64,000 nt of DNA, taken from contig CANMDH010000027.1 of assembly GCA_947496555.1 (NCBI GenBank), positions 261 through 64,260 on the forward strand, written 5' to 3'. Numbering within the stretch: position 1 is the first letter of the stretch; every line of letters begins with the position of its first letter. Shown here piece after piece: positions 9,948 to 19,807 of this stretch. Position numbers and translations under genes: made by a program. Source of the DNA: an uncultured Aquimarina sp. GTDB lineage: Bacteria; Bacteroidota; Bacteroidia; Flavobacteriales; Flavobacteriaceae. The notes beneath the pieces were generated by a model that was not told the DNA's origin, did no database searches, and saw only the letters and a program-made list of their open reading frames with translations.

Positions 9948-11516
9948 TTATGCTCCCTTCTTTCTCTTACGGTATTGGTTGTAGATAATCCAACCAAATA
10001 ATACGATTAAGAAATATTTGAAATAAGAAATCGGTTTTCCGCTACCACCTACGGTGGTAAACATTCGATCCCAGCGTATTTTATTAAACAAACCTTTGGC
10101 ATTGGTGTCCCAGCTAAACCATACAAAAACTGGTTTCCCTACTATATGATTGGCAGGTACATATCCCCAGGCGCGACTATCCTCACTGTTATGGCGATTG
10201 TCCCCCATCATCCAATAATAATCTTGTTTGAATGTGTAACTATCGATAGGTTTGCCATTAAGCAGTATTTGCGTACCATTAACAGAGAGTTTATTGTCGA
10301 TACCAAGTTCAGAGCCTTCATATACTTCGATAATTCTTCGGTACAAAGAGAAGCTTTTAAGATCCATTTTCACCGTTTTTCCCGCCTCAGGAATGTAGAT
10401 AGACCCAAAATTATCCGGATTCCAGTTCACCTTACCATTATTGGGAAAGATACCTGGGTCTTTTCGACCCTTTGGAGCAACAATGCGCTGTATACTAGCT
10501 ACATTGGGGTGATTCCTGAATCGGATAGCAGCATCTTCGGTCATCCCGGCAGATTGAAATTGTTGCGTATTATACCCAAATTCATCTGGTTTTATTTTAT
10601 AACGATTATATAAATTTTGAGGGCTAAAATTGTTTCCTTTGGTAGTCCCCCTATAAGAAAATTGTAGTTGTGCACGATCTGGTAGCTCATTCTTTTTGCC
10701 ATTAATATGAACGTACCCATCTACAACCGATAGCGAATCACCGGGAACACCTACACAACGCTTTACGTAGTTTGATTTTTTGTCTATAGGCTTGTAATAC
10801 CCAAGGTTGGACTGGTCTCTAAACTTACTTACTGTATCTACTGGCCAACTGAAAACTACAATATCATTACGTTTTATGTTTTGAAAGCCTGGTAACCTGA
10901 AATAGGGATATTGAGGTTTGCTCGTATAGGATTTTGTTCTTACCAGTGGGATAGTGTCATGCACCATAGGAAAGGATACTGCGGTCATAGGTGTGCGGGC
11001 ACCATAATGAAATTTACTTACAAACAAGAAGTCACCTACCAATAAGGTTCTTTCTAAAGATCCTGTTGGGATGGTATATGGTTGCATAAAATAAGTATGG
11101 ACTATGGTGGCTGCAACAACAGCAAATAAGATCGAACTAATCCATTCTCCTGTAGCAGTTTTTGGTTTTAGATCACGATTTTCTATGTGCGATACATCAA
11201 GCATGTAGTTTACATAAAAAATATAGAATCCAAGAGTTACAATGACCAGAACAGTATCCTGGGTCGAATTTCTTCCGAAACTTCTTATGGTCTCTACCCA
11301 AATTACTGGTAACATAATAACATTGATCACAGGGACAAACAGTAGTATCACCCACCACCAAGGTCTATTTATGATTTTCATCAAGACCACAGCATTGTAT
11401 ACAGGAACGACTGCTTCCCAAGCTTTTCTACCAGCTTTTACATACAGTTTCCATGTTCCTAAAAAGTGAATAACCTGTAGTATCAGGAAAAAAATAAACC
11501 ATTCTGTAAGTATCAT
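9948..11516 (-). CDS. lepB: signal peptidase I (S26)
   Basis: 522 aa. N-terminal TM helices, then S26 boxes IPTGSLERTLLVGDFLFVSK, YVKRCVGVPGD and GDNRHNSEDSRAWG. Confidence 0.92.
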   Translation of the reverse strand: MILTEWFIFFLILQVIHFLGTWKLYVKAGRKAWEAVVPVYNAVVLMKIINRPWWWVILLFVPVINVIMLPVIWVETIRSFGRNSTQDTVLVIVTLGFYIFYVNYMLDVSHIENRDLKPKTATGEWISSILFAVVAATIVHTYFMQPYTIPTGSLERTLLVGDFLFVSKFHYGARTPMTAVSFPMVHDTIPLVRTKSYTSKPQYPYFRLPGFQNIKRNDIVVFSWPVDTVSKFRDQSNLGYYKPIDKKSNYVKRCVGVPGDSLSVVDGYVHINGKKNELPDRAQLQFSYRGTTKGNNFSPQNLYNRYKIKPDEFGYNTQQFQSAGMTEDAAIRFRNHPNVASIQRIVAPKGRKDPGIFPNNGKVNWNPDNFGSIYIPEAGKTVKMDLKSFSLYRRIIEVYEGSELGIDNKLSVNGTQILLNGKPIDSYTFKQDYYWMMGDNRHNSEDSRAWGYVPANHIVGKPVFVWFSWDTNAKGLFNKIRWDRMFTTVGGSGKPISYFKYFLIVLFGWIIYNQYRKRKKGA

Positions 11517-11569
11517 CTCTAATATATTTTGTAGTATAAGTACTTCTTATCTGTAAAGCGTTACACTTT

Positions 11570-12268
11570 TTATAGTCCTAAAACATCTTTCATAGTAAAA
11601 ACTCCTGTTTTACCTTTTAACCATTCTGCAGCGATTACAGCTCCCAATGCAAATCCACTTCGATTATGAGCAGTATGCGTAATCTCTATGTCGTCTACTT
11701 TTGAAGAGTAGGTAACCGTATGGGTTCCTGGAACCTTATCAATTCTTTTTGCGGTAATTGCAATTGTATCTTGATTGCCATTATCAAGTTTCCAGGCATT
11801 CTTATTGGTGTTTTCGATAATTCCTTCTGCGAGGGTAATAGCTGTTCCACTTGGAGCATCCAGCTTTTGGTTATGATGGATTTCTTCCATGGCAATATCA
11901 TACCCTTCTACAGCGCTCATCATTTTTGCTAATTTCTTATTAAGTTCGAAGAAAAGGTTGACTCCAAGACTATAGTTTGAAGCATAAATAAAGGAGCCTT
12001 TTTTCTCTTCGCATACATCTACCATCGTTTCGTACTGATCTAACCATCCTGTGGTACCCGAGACAACCGGAACATTTGCATCAAAACAGTTGGTGATATT
12101 ATCGACTGCCGCTGTGGGAATACTAAAGTCTATGGCTACATCTGCTTGAGAAACATCATAATTGGTATCGCCTTTATCTACTTTAAGTATGATGGTATGA
12201 CCTCTTTCTATGGCAATTTTCTCTATGGTTTGACCCATTTTACCATATCCTAGTAGTGCAATTTTCAT
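11570..12268 (-). CDS. dapB: 4-hydroxy-tetrahydrodipicolinate reductase
   Basis: 232 aa. NAD(P) fold KIALLGYGKMGQ and DapB signature EEIHHNQKLDAPSGTA. Confidence 0.95.
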   Translation of the reverse strand: MKIALLGYGKMGQTIEKIAIERGHTIILKVDKGDTNYDVSQADVAIDFSIPTAAVDNITNCFDANVPVVSGTTGWLDQYETMVDVCEEKKGSFIYASNYSLGVNLFFELNKKLAKMMSAVEGYDIAMEEIHHNQKLDAPSGTAITLAEGIIENTNKNAWKLDNGNQDTIAITAKRIDKVPGTHTVTYSSKVDDIEITHTAHNRSGFALGAVIAAEWLKGKTGVFTMKDVLGL

Positions 12269-12308
12269 GTTTTGGTTGATTGTTTATAAAAGTATTCTGT
12301 TTTCTTTT

Positions 12309-12899
12309 TCAAAAACTATAGTTGAATGAAACCCCATAATTAAGACCAGTATTAAACTCATTAAAGTTCACTTTTGGTTTGAAAGATAGGTCTTCGGTGA
12401 TGTTATATTGTTGTAAATGAGCTGTTACATTGGCATCCACAATGTTTAAAAGATATGCAGCTGCCGTCAATAGCAATGATAATTCCTGATCACGACGAAA
12501 ACGATCTTGTAAATCGATTAATTGGTCTTCAGAGAATTGAGGGAACTCATCATCGGTAAACCCCGCTAGCCTACGTTTGTATGCATCTCGCAGATCATTA
12601 TATCGTCCATTATTCTCTAAATAGAAATATATTCCGGTTCCTATGGCTGCATATACGATAGGTATTTTCCAATATTTTTTGGTGTATGCCTGTCCTAATC
12701 CGGGAAGCACAGCAGAATAAAATGCAGCACGAGCAGGAGCCAATGGCTCATAAGGTCTGATTTTTTTCTCTTTCCTTTTCTTTTTCTTTTTTACTGCAAC
12801 CTCTTCTGTGGTAACTTTTAACTCCTCATTCTCTTGAGCAATTATACTTTGAACAGAAAAAATCAGGATAAAAACAATATAGCAGCATTTAATTCTCAC
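12309..12899 (-). CDS. DUF5683 domain-containing protein
   Basis: 196 aa with a signal peptide, a Lys-rich stretch, and LPGLGQAYTKKYWKIPIVYAAIG, which is typical of DUF5683. It overlaps the parB stop by 11 nt. Confidence 0.8.
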   Translation of the reverse strand: MRIKCCYIVFILIFSVQSIIAQENEELKVTTEEVAVKKKKKRKEKKIRPYEPLAPARAAFYSAVLPGLGQAYTKKYWKIPIVYAAIGTGIYFYLENNGRYNDLRDAYKRRLAGFTDDEFPQFSEDQLIDLQDRFRRDQELSLLLTAAAYLLNIVDANVTAHLQQYNITEDLSFKPKVNFNEFNTGLNYGVSFNYSF

Positions 12900-13794
12900 T
12901 ATTGATAAGTTTCTTTAAACGGTTAAAATCTTCTTCAGAAGAAAACGGGATAATTAATTTACCACTTCCTTTGCTGGAAACTTTTACATCAATTTTTGCG
13001 CCAAAATACTCAGAAAAATCTTTTACTCCTTTTGCAATGTGTTTTGGTAAACCTCCGGGAGAAGATACTCCTGTAGATTTTTCTGTTTTGTTGTTTAAAG
13101 ATCTTACCAAGTTCTCTGTATCGCGTACAGATAAGGATTTACCTATTATCTTTTCGTAAATATCTAGTTGCTGCTGCTGATCATCTATATTTATAAGAGC
13201 ACGACCATGACCCATCGAGATAAACCCATCTCGCATACCAGTCTGCACGATTGGATCTAATTTTAATAATCTAAGGTAATTGGCAATTGTAGATCTTTTT
13301 TTTCCAACTCTATCACTCAATTGCTCTTGCGTAAGGCTGATTTCATCAATAAGACGTTGGTATGACAATGCTATTTCGATAGGATCAAGATCTTGTCGTT
13401 GGATATTTTCTACCAACGCCATGGTCAACGATTCTTGATCATTTGCTATACGAATGTAGGCGGGAATTGTTTTTAATCCAGCCAGTTTTGAGGCACGAAA
13501 ACGGCGCTCACCACTTACCAGTTGAAAGGTGTTGAAATCAAGTTTACGAACAGTAATAGGCTGTATAACACCCACTTCTTTAATGGATGTGGCCAGTTCA
13601 CGCAATGTTTCATCATTAAAACTAGTACGCGGCTGAAATGGGTTAACATCGATACTTTCTAGTTCTAATTCTATAATATTGCCAACTACTTTATCTGCAT
13701 TTTTATCATTAACTGACTTTATATCATTATCGGGATCCTTCAGTAATGCTGAAAGTCCTCTACCTAAAGCTTGTTTTTTCGTTGCCTTCGCCAT
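12889..13794 (-). CDS. parB: chromosome partitioning protein ParB
   Basis: 301 aa. ParB box GERRFRASKLAG and HTH LTQEQLSDRVGKKRSTIANYLRLL. Confidence 0.95.
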   Translation of the reverse strand: MAKATKKQALGRGLSALLKDPDNDIKSVNDKNADKVVGNIIELELESIDVNPFQPRTSFNDETLRELATSIKEVGVIQPITVRKLDFNTFQLVSGERRFRASKLAGLKTIPAYIRIANDQESLTMALVENIQRQDLDPIEIALSYQRLIDEISLTQEQLSDRVGKKRSTIANYLRLLKLDPIVQTGMRDGFISMGHGRALINIDDQQQQLDIYEKIIGKSLSVRDTENLVRSLNNKTEKSTGVSSPGGLPKHIAKGVKDFSEYFGAKIDVKVSSKGSGKLIIPFSSEEDFNRLKKLINSEN

Positions 13795-13800
13795 GAATCC

Positions 13801-14565
13801 TTAACTATTTTTCTTAATTATTTCGTGAGCCAAACTTAAGTAATTGCTAGCTCCTTTACTAGAAGCATCATAATTTATTATACTTTCACCATAACTAGGT
13901 GCTTCACTTAAACGTATATTTCTTTGAATGATTGTTTTAAACACCATCTCGTTAAAGTGTTTTTGCACTTCTTCAACTACTTGGTTCGATAATCTTAATC
14001 TAGAATCATACATTGTAAGTAATAATCCTTCTATATCAAGTTTTTCATTATGTACTTTTTGCACACTTTTTATCGTATTTAAAAGCTTACCTAATCCTTC
14101 TAATGCAAAATATTCACATTGAATAGGGATCATAACCGAATCTGCCGCTGTCAATGCATTAAGGGTTAATAATCCAAGAGACGGCGCACAATCTATAAGT
14201 ATATAATCATATTGTGACTTAAGTCCTTGAATTGCTTTTTTTAGCATATACTCTCGTTCATCTTTGTCAACCAACTCAATCTCTATAGCTACTAAGTCGA
14301 TATGTGCCGGAATGATATGCACATTAGGAGAACTGGTTTCCATAATGGCATCCTCAGGCCTTAGGGTGTGCTCCAAAATCTGATAAGTGCCTTTTTCAAT
14401 AGTATCTACATCCAACCCGAGTCCAGAAGTCGCATTTGCTTGTGGATCTGCATCGATAAGTAATACTTTTTTCTCTAGTACTCCAAGAGAAGCTGCTAAA
14501 TTTACTGAGGTAGTCGTTTTACCTACACCACCTTTTTGATTGGCAATCGCTATTATTTTACCCAT
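13801..14565 (-). CDS. parA: chromosome partitioning ATPase ParA/Soj
   Basis: Deviant Walker A NQKGGVGKTT. The track start at 14601 adds 12 atypical residues, so I prefer the ATG at 14565 (MGKIIAIANQKGG). Confidence 0.93.
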   Translation of the reverse strand: MGKIIAIANQKGGVGKTTTSVNLAASLGVLEKKVLLIDADPQANATSGLGLDVDTIEKGTYQILEHTLRPEDAIMETSSPNVHIIPAHIDLVAIEIELVDKDEREYMLKKAIQGLKSQYDYILIDCAPSLGLLTLNALTAADSVMIPIQCEYFALEGLGKLLNTIKSVQKVHNEKLDIEGLLLTMYDSRLRLSNQVVEEVQKHFNEMVFKTIIQRNIRLSEAPSYGESIINYDASSKGASNYLSLAHEIIKKNS

Positions 14566-14645
14566 AAGGGGAGATTTGGATTTTAGGAGGTAAAAATACA
14601 ATTTATTATATATTATAAAAATGAAAAATGTTAACAGGAGGTAAC

Positions 14646-14677
14646 AAAAAAGACCATCCCCCTTTGAGAATGGTCTT
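14646..14677 (-). terminator. rho-independent terminator after the SDR gene
   Basis: On the minus strand: AAGACCAT (14677-14670), a 12-nt loop, ATGGTCTT (14657-14650), then TTTT (14649-14646). It begins 29 nt downstream of the stop at 14706. Confidence 0.7.
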
Positions 14678-14705
14678 ATGAACTTTCGTTATTGTTAATA
14701 ACTAG

Positions 14706-15587
14706 CTATTTATTTTTTTTTGAACGAATCATTGCTTCCAATTGATCCCACATTTCTTCGGGAATTTGTTCTAGCATATTAAATTGACCTGCACCTTTAA
14801 GCCATTCGCCACCATCCAGGGTAACCACCTCGCCATTTACATAAGCAGAGAAATCTGATACCAAATAAGCCGCCAGATTAGCGAGCTCTTGATGATCACC
14901 TACACGCCCCAATGGAACCTGTTTTTTCATGTCGATTTTATCTTTTAAATCACCAGGTAATAATCTATCCCAAGCTCCTTTAGTTGGAAAGGGGCCAGGG
15001 GCAATAGCATTAAAACGCATTCCGTATTTTGCCCATTCTACGGCTAGTGACCTGGTCATGGCTAGAACACCTGCCTTTGCAGTAGCACTTGGTACGACAT
15101 ATGCAGAACCAGTCCAGGCATACGTAGTAACAATGTTAAGTACTGCAGTGTTTTTGTATTCGGTATCGATCCAGTGTTTTCCAAAACTAAGCGTACAGTT
15201 TTTAGTTCCTTTTAAGACAATATCAATGATGGTATCAAAGGCATTGGCAGAAAGCCGTTCTGTTGGTGAAATAAAATTTCCAGCAGCATTATTCAAAAGC
15301 ACGTCTACAGAACCAAATTCTTTCAGCACTTGATCTTTCATAGCTTCTACTTGGTCATAATAACGCACGTCACATTGTAAAGCCAAACAAGTACCACCTG
15401 TTTCAGCTTCTAGCTCTTTGGCGGTGTTTTGTAGTCTTTCTAGATTACGTGAAGTAATAGCTACCTTGGCTCCAAGTTCTAGGAAATACTTGGTCATCGC
15501 TTTTCCTAAACCACTACCTCCTCCGGTAACAACTATATTTTTTCCTTTTAGAGCTCCGTCACGAAGCATTTTGTCTGTATAACTCAT
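14706..15587 (-). CDS. SDR family oxidoreductase, 2,4-dienoyl-CoA reductase (DECR/FadH)-like
   Basis: 293 aa. TGGGSGLG cofactor motif, NNAAGNF, and a DECR-like active-site region SATAKAG. Confidence 0.85.
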   Translation of the reverse strand: MSYTDKMLRDGALKGKNIVVTGGGSGLGKAMTKYFLELGAKVAITSRNLERLQNTAKELEAETGGTCLALQCDVRYYDQVEAMKDQVLKEFGSVDVLLNNAAGNFISPTERLSANAFDTIIDIVLKGTKNCTLSFGKHWIDTEYKNTAVLNIVTTYAWTGSAYVVPSATAKAGVLAMTRSLAVEWAKYGMRFNAIAPGPFPTKGAWDRLLPGDLKDKIDMKKQVPLGRVGDHQELANLAAYLVSDFSAYVNGEVVTLDGGEWLKGAGQFNMLEQIPEEMWDQLEAMIRSKKNK

Positions 15588-15632
15588 ATGCGTTTGATTG
15601 TCAATATTTGGTGAAAGTTACAACTTATACTT

Positions 15633-15662
15633 CAAAAATACTATGCGCGCATAGTATTTTTG
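15633..15662. promoter_or_regulatory. 30-bp perfect palindrome CAAAAATACTATGCG/CGCATAGTATTTTTG in a divergent intergenic region
   Basis: Verified base by base. Each arm ends in TATTTTTG, a TAnnTTTG -7 box, facing outward (15655-15662 on plus, 15640-15633 on minus). This fits back-to-back promoters, an operator, or both. Confidence 0.5.
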
Positions 15663-15837
15663 TTAACTACTTAGAACGTTTGACTAAAATACTACTATTT
15701 ACAAAGCTTTGTGAGAGTATTACTAAAATATTTTATTAAGGAGTATAAAACTTTCTTAAAATGTTTAATAATTATGATTTTTTATTGTGAATAACACTAA
15801 ATTTAAGCTGAAGAAAGTAAAACATTGTTCTTTTTTC

Positions 15838-17550
15838 ATGACACCTCTAAAAAAATGGCCATTCTTTAAATTAAAACTTAATATCGCATTGATATTAAGT
15901 CTCTCATCCCTTTTTGGCCAAGTGAACAAAACTAACAATCAAATTTTTGGCTATGTTACTTTCGATAACCGACCTATTAAGGATGTAAATGTTTCTTTGG
16001 AAGGTAATAAAGTGAGTACAGTTACAGATGAAAGAGGGTATTATTCTATAGAAGCTACAACAGGAGAAATCATTGTATTTTCTTATGTTGGAATGAAAGA
16101 TATTGAAATTGTAATCGAGGATATCACTGAAATTTTAAATATAAGAATGACCGAAGAAGTTAATGTTTTAGAAGAGGCATTAATCGAAGGGAAAAGAAAT
16201 GATAAAAATATTGAAAGCAACCCAGAAAGAATTACCAAGATAAAAACCATGTATGGAGAAATTGATAAAAGAAAAACGCCTTATTCTGTACAGAGTCTAA
16301 AAAGAGAAGATCTAAATTTAAATGCTATCAATCTTATTGATGCTATTAGGGGGCGAGTAGTGTTTTATGGAGAGGAGGGAGAGCGAGTTAAGATTGTTCC
16401 CTATGGAAAATTTCTAAGAGCAGGCCCTTTTGCTATGTGGGATATTGATGGGATGATTTTCGAAGAACCGCCTTATATTCATTTAAATGATATTGAAAGT
16501 GTTACAGTTATTAAACATAATGGCGCAACAGCACTTCTTGGTAATAGGGGAGCCGGAGGAATTATTGTAGTGAGAACAAAAAAAGAATCGTATCCTAACA
16601 AAACTGATCAGTTTGTAAATACAAATAGGAAATTATATCAAAATGACGCTCTACCATATCATAAAAACACCTTTAATATAAGTTTACTTGATACGATTTC
16701 CAATAAAACCGAATTAGTAGCTTCTTATGAAGCTTTAGAGATCAATTATGGAGCATCAATAGGTTTTTATTTAGATGCTTCTAGTTTTTTTAAAAATAAA
16801 AAAGGACATAGAGAATTCTCTTTACGTATTTTAGAAGATATGGAAAGAGCATTTCCATCAAATCCCGAAGTTTTAAAGGTTCTGGCGTATAGATATCAAG
16901 AGATTGGTGAGAGATCAAAAGCAATTGAAGTTTATGAAAAGGTCCTAACATTAAGATCTTCGTATGCTCAATCATTTCGTGATTTAGCGAATGCTTATGT
17001 TGAAAATAGGCAATACGAAGAAGCCTGGGAAATATATATTCGATATTTACGAAGGGGATTTAAATTACAAGCTGAAGGTATAGAAAGAATGGTTTATAAC
17101 GAAATGAAATATTTATACACGAGGAAAAAAGTTGAAGCAAATATTAAAGAAACTTTTTTTACAAGAAATTATTCAGAATTACCAGATAGCGATGTCCGTA
17201 TTGTTTTTGAATGGAATACTTCTGAAGCAGAGTTTTCTCTGGAATTTGTGCATCCAAAGAGCGATTACTTTGTTTTTGAGCATTCTTTTGAAAAAAATAA
17301 GAATCGTATTAAAGATGAAAAAATGAAGGGATATTCTTCTGAAGAATTTTTTATTTATGAATTAGAGCCTAAGGATTGGCAAATAAATATTACTTATTTA
17401 GGTAATAAAAAATATGATCCTACCTATCTAAAAGCGACAATATATAAAAATTGGGGAAGAACAAATCAATCTGCTGAAATAAAGTTATTTCAGTTAGATC
17501 AATATAATCACAAAATGGAATTGTTTAAATTTAATTCGATATCTTGGTAA
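15838..17550 (+). CDS. secreted multidomain protein: CarboxypepD_reg-like, TonB-plug-like, TPR, and a DUF2135-like C-terminus
   Basis: The track start at 15787 is a GTG. The ATG at 15838 gives a clean signal peptide (MTPLKKWPFFKLKLNIALILSLSSLFGQ). Plug-like IESVTVIKHNGATALLGNRGAGGIIVVRTKK and TPR AIEVYEKVLTLRSSYAQSFRDLANAY. The C-terminus DVRIVFEWNTSEAEFSLEFVHP...GYSSEEFFIY resembles DUF2135 (from memory). Confidence 0.75.
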   Translation: MTPLKKWPFFKLKLNIALILSLSSLFGQVNKTNNQIFGYVTFDNRPIKDVNVSLEGNKVSTVTDERGYYSIEATTGEIIVFSYVGMKDIEIVIEDITEILNIRMTEEVNVLEEALIEGKRNDKNIESNPERITKIKTMYGEIDKRKTPYSVQSLKREDLNLNAINLIDAIRGRVVFYGEEGERVKIVPYGKFLRAGPFAMWDIDGMIFEEPPYIHLNDIESVTVIKHNGATALLGNRGAGGIIVVRTKKESYPNKTDQFVNTNRKLYQNDALPYHKNTFNISLLDTISNKTELVASYEALEINYGASIGFYLDASSFFKNKKGHREFSLRILEDMERAFPSNPEVLKVLAYRYQEIGERSKAIEVYEKVLTLRSSYAQSFRDLANAYVENRQYEEAWEIYIRYLRRGFKLQAEGIERMVYNEMKYLYTRKKVEANIKETFFTRNYSELPDSDVRIVFEWNTSEAEFSLEFVHPKSDYFVFEHSFEKNKNRIKDEKMKGYSSEEFFIYELEPKDWQINITYLGNKKYDPTYLKATIYKNWGRTNQSAEIKLFQLDQYNHKMELFKFNSISW

Positions 17551-17562
17551 TAGCATAGTATT

Positions 17563-19695
17563 TTATTCAAATGCAGAAATCAAAATTTCTAAAATAGTGA
17601 TGGCAGCATCACTAATCTTGGTTCCAGGCCCGAAAATAGCAACTGCACCGGCTTCGAACAAGAAATCATAATCATCTGGCGGAATAACACCCCCAACAAT
17701 AATCATAATATCTTCACGGCCATATTTTTTGAGTTCTTCCACGATTTGAGGAACCAGCGTTTTATGGCCCCCAGCAAGAGAAGAAACTCCCACAATATGT
17801 ACATCGTTTTCTACGGCTTGTTTTGCGGCTTCGGCCGGGGTCTGGAATAATGGGCCAATATCTACATCAAAGCCAACATCGGCATAACTGGTGGCTACCA
17901 CTTTTGCCCCTCGATCATGACCATCTTGCCCCATTTTGGCAATCATAATTCTTGGCCTACGACCTTCTAATTCGGCAAACTGATTGGCAAGTTCTCTAGC
18001 CTTATCAAAAGATTCGTCGTTTTTTATTTCCTTGGCATACACCCCTGTAAATGTTTTTATTTGCGCTTTGTATCTTCCAAATTCTTTTTCTAGTGCGTCA
18101 CTTATTTCTCCTAATGTGGCTCTTAATCTAGCAGCTTCAACAGCTAAAGCTAGTAAATTTTGATCAGTATCTGCAGCCGCAATGGATAGATTTTTTAGAG
18201 CTTTTTGTACCGCTTGCTCGTCTCTGGATGCTTTTACTTTTTGTAAACCTTCTATTTGTTGGGAACGTACAGCCTGATTATCTACTTTTAAAGTGCTTAT
18301 GGCTTCTTCTTCCTCTAATTTGAATTTATTAACCCCTATAATTATATCTTGTTCACTATCGATTCTGGCTTGTTTTCGAGCGGCAGCTTCTTCAATCCTC
18401 ATTTTAGGGATTCCAGCTTCGATAGCCTTGGTCATTCCTCCTAATTCTTCAACTTCTTCAAGTAATTCCCAAGCTTTTTTGGCGATATCATCTGTAAGCG
18501 ATTCTACATAATAGCTTCCTGCCCATGGATCTACAGTGCGTGTTATATTGGTTTCTTCCTGCAGGTAAATCTGTGTATTTCTGGCGATTCTGGCCGAAAA
18601 ATCGGTTGGAAGCGCTATGGCTTCATCTAAGGCATTGGTGTGTAAACTTTGGGTTCCGCCAAAAGCAGCGGCACTGGCTTCGATACATGTTCGAGCTACA
18701 TTATTGAAAGGGTCTTGCGCAGTTAAGCTCCATCCGCTGGTTTGACAATGAGTGCGCAGCATTAAAGATTTTGGATTCTTTGGATTAAATTGCTTGATCA
18801 ATTTTGCCCATAACATTCTGGCGGCTCTCATTTTGGCAATTTCCATAAAATGATTCATCCCAATTGCCCAGAAGAAGGATAGGCGAGGGGCAAATGAATC
18901 GACATCTAATCCAGCTTCGATACCTTTTCGTATATATTCTAATCCATCGGCAAGGGTATATGCTAATTCTATATCGCATGTAGCTCCGGCCTCCTGCATA
19001 TGGTATCCTGAGATGCTGATGGGATTAAATTTGGGCATATTTTTAGAACAATACTTAAATATGTCACTTATAATTCGCATTGACGGAGTAGGAGGATATA
19101 TATAGGTATTGCGTACCATGAACTCCTTTAGGATGTCATTTTGTATAGTGCCGGCCAATAAATTTTTATCCACACCCTGTTCTTCAGCGGCCACAATGTA
19201 AAATGCCATAATGGGTAATACGGCCCCATTCATAGTCATAGAGACTGACATCTTATCGAGTGGAATTTGATCAAAAAGTATCTTCATGTCTTCGACAGTG
19301 TCGATAGCAACTCCAGCCATCCCTACATCTCCGACTACTCTTTCGTGATCACTGTCATACCCCCGATGCGTAGCAAGGTCAAACGCCACCGATAGACCTT
19401 TTTGACCAGCTGCAAGATTTCTTCGGTAAAAGGCGTTACTTTCTTCTGCTGTTGAAAAACCTGCATATTGCCTAATGGTCCATGGCCTGCGCACATACAT
19501 TGTAGAGTAGGGACCTCTTAAATATGGCGGAGTACCCGCAGAAAAATTAAGATGATCTAGGTCTTTAATGTCATCTTCAACGTAGTGCGATTTAATATCA
19601 ATCCCTTCAGAGGTTCTAAAGGCAGAGCTTTGTGATGTACTTTTGGATATTATTTGTTTAGGTAACTCAATACCTTGTATATCTTTTCTACTCAT
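17563..19695 (-). CDS. mutB: methylmalonyl-CoA mutase, large (catalytic, B12-binding) subunit
   Basis: 710 aa. Typical [15 protein letters not shown] and [12 protein letters not shown] motifs, and a C-terminal B12 domain with GQDGHDRG (DxHxxG). Confidence 0.95.
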   Translation of the reverse strand: MSRKDIQGIELPKQIISKSTSQSSAFRTSEGIDIKSHYVEDDIKDLDHLNFSAGTPPYLRGPYSTMYVRRPWTIRQYAGFSTAEESNAFYRRNLAAGQKGLSVAFDLATHRGYDSDHERVVGDVGMAGVAIDTVEDMKILFDQIPLDKMSVSMTMNGAVLPIMAFYIVAAEEQGVDKNLLAGTIQNDILKEFMVRNTYIYPPTPSMRIISDIFKYCSKNMPKFNPISISGYHMQEAGATCDIELAYTLADGLEYIRKGIEAGLDVDSFAPRLSFFWAIGMNHFMEIAKMRAARMLWAKLIKQFNPKNPKSLMLRTHCQTSGWSLTAQDPFNNVARTCIEASAAAFGGTQSLHTNALDEAIALPTDFSARIARNTQIYLQEETNITRTVDPWAGSYYVESLTDDIAKKAWELLEEVEELGGMTKAIEAGIPKMRIEEAAARKQARIDSEQDIIIGVNKFKLEEEEAISTLKVDNQAVRSQQIEGLQKVKASRDEQAVQKALKNLSIAAADTDQNLLALAVEAARLRATLGEISDALEKEFGRYKAQIKTFTGVYAKEIKNDESFDKARELANQFAELEGRRPRIMIAKMGQDGHDRGAKVVATSYADVGFDVDIGPLFQTPAEAAKQAVENDVHIVGVSSLAGGHKTLVPQIVEELKKYGREDIMIIVGGVIPPDDYDFLFEAGAVAIFGPGTKISDAAITILEILISAFE

Positions 19696-19807
19696 TACTT
19701 AAAGAGGCATTTTTAGAATGCTAAATTAAAAGCACTGTAAAATTAAGCTTTTAGAAATGATTTTTATTCAAAAAAAACACTCTTTAGTGCGAATATTTCA
19801 AAAAAGA

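Noticed and set aside
10146-10613. 155-aa ORF antisense to lepB
   Set aside because: It is embedded in a CDS with clear S26 motifs on the other strand, and it has no motifs, signal or upstream promoter of its own.
12770-12800. Low-complexity CTTTT/CTTTTT run (and a similar run at 6830-6910)
   Set aside because: These encode Lys-rich linkers (KKKKKRKEKK in the DUF5683 protein, KPKKKSPLK... in the second rhomboid). They are not independent DNA repeats.
15787-15837. Extended N-termini from non-ATG or upstream starts in the ORF track (15787 GTG, 14601, 21951, 36082 TTG, 36199 TTG, 45399 TTG, 49564 TTG, 56894, 3186, 3524 TTG)
   Set aside because: In each case a downstream ATG gives a canonical N-terminus, either a signal peptide/lipobox or a family-typical start. 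Some also avoid burying a promoter box or repeat. The TonB receptor at 41798 is the exception, where TTG is the only start compatible with the signal peptide.
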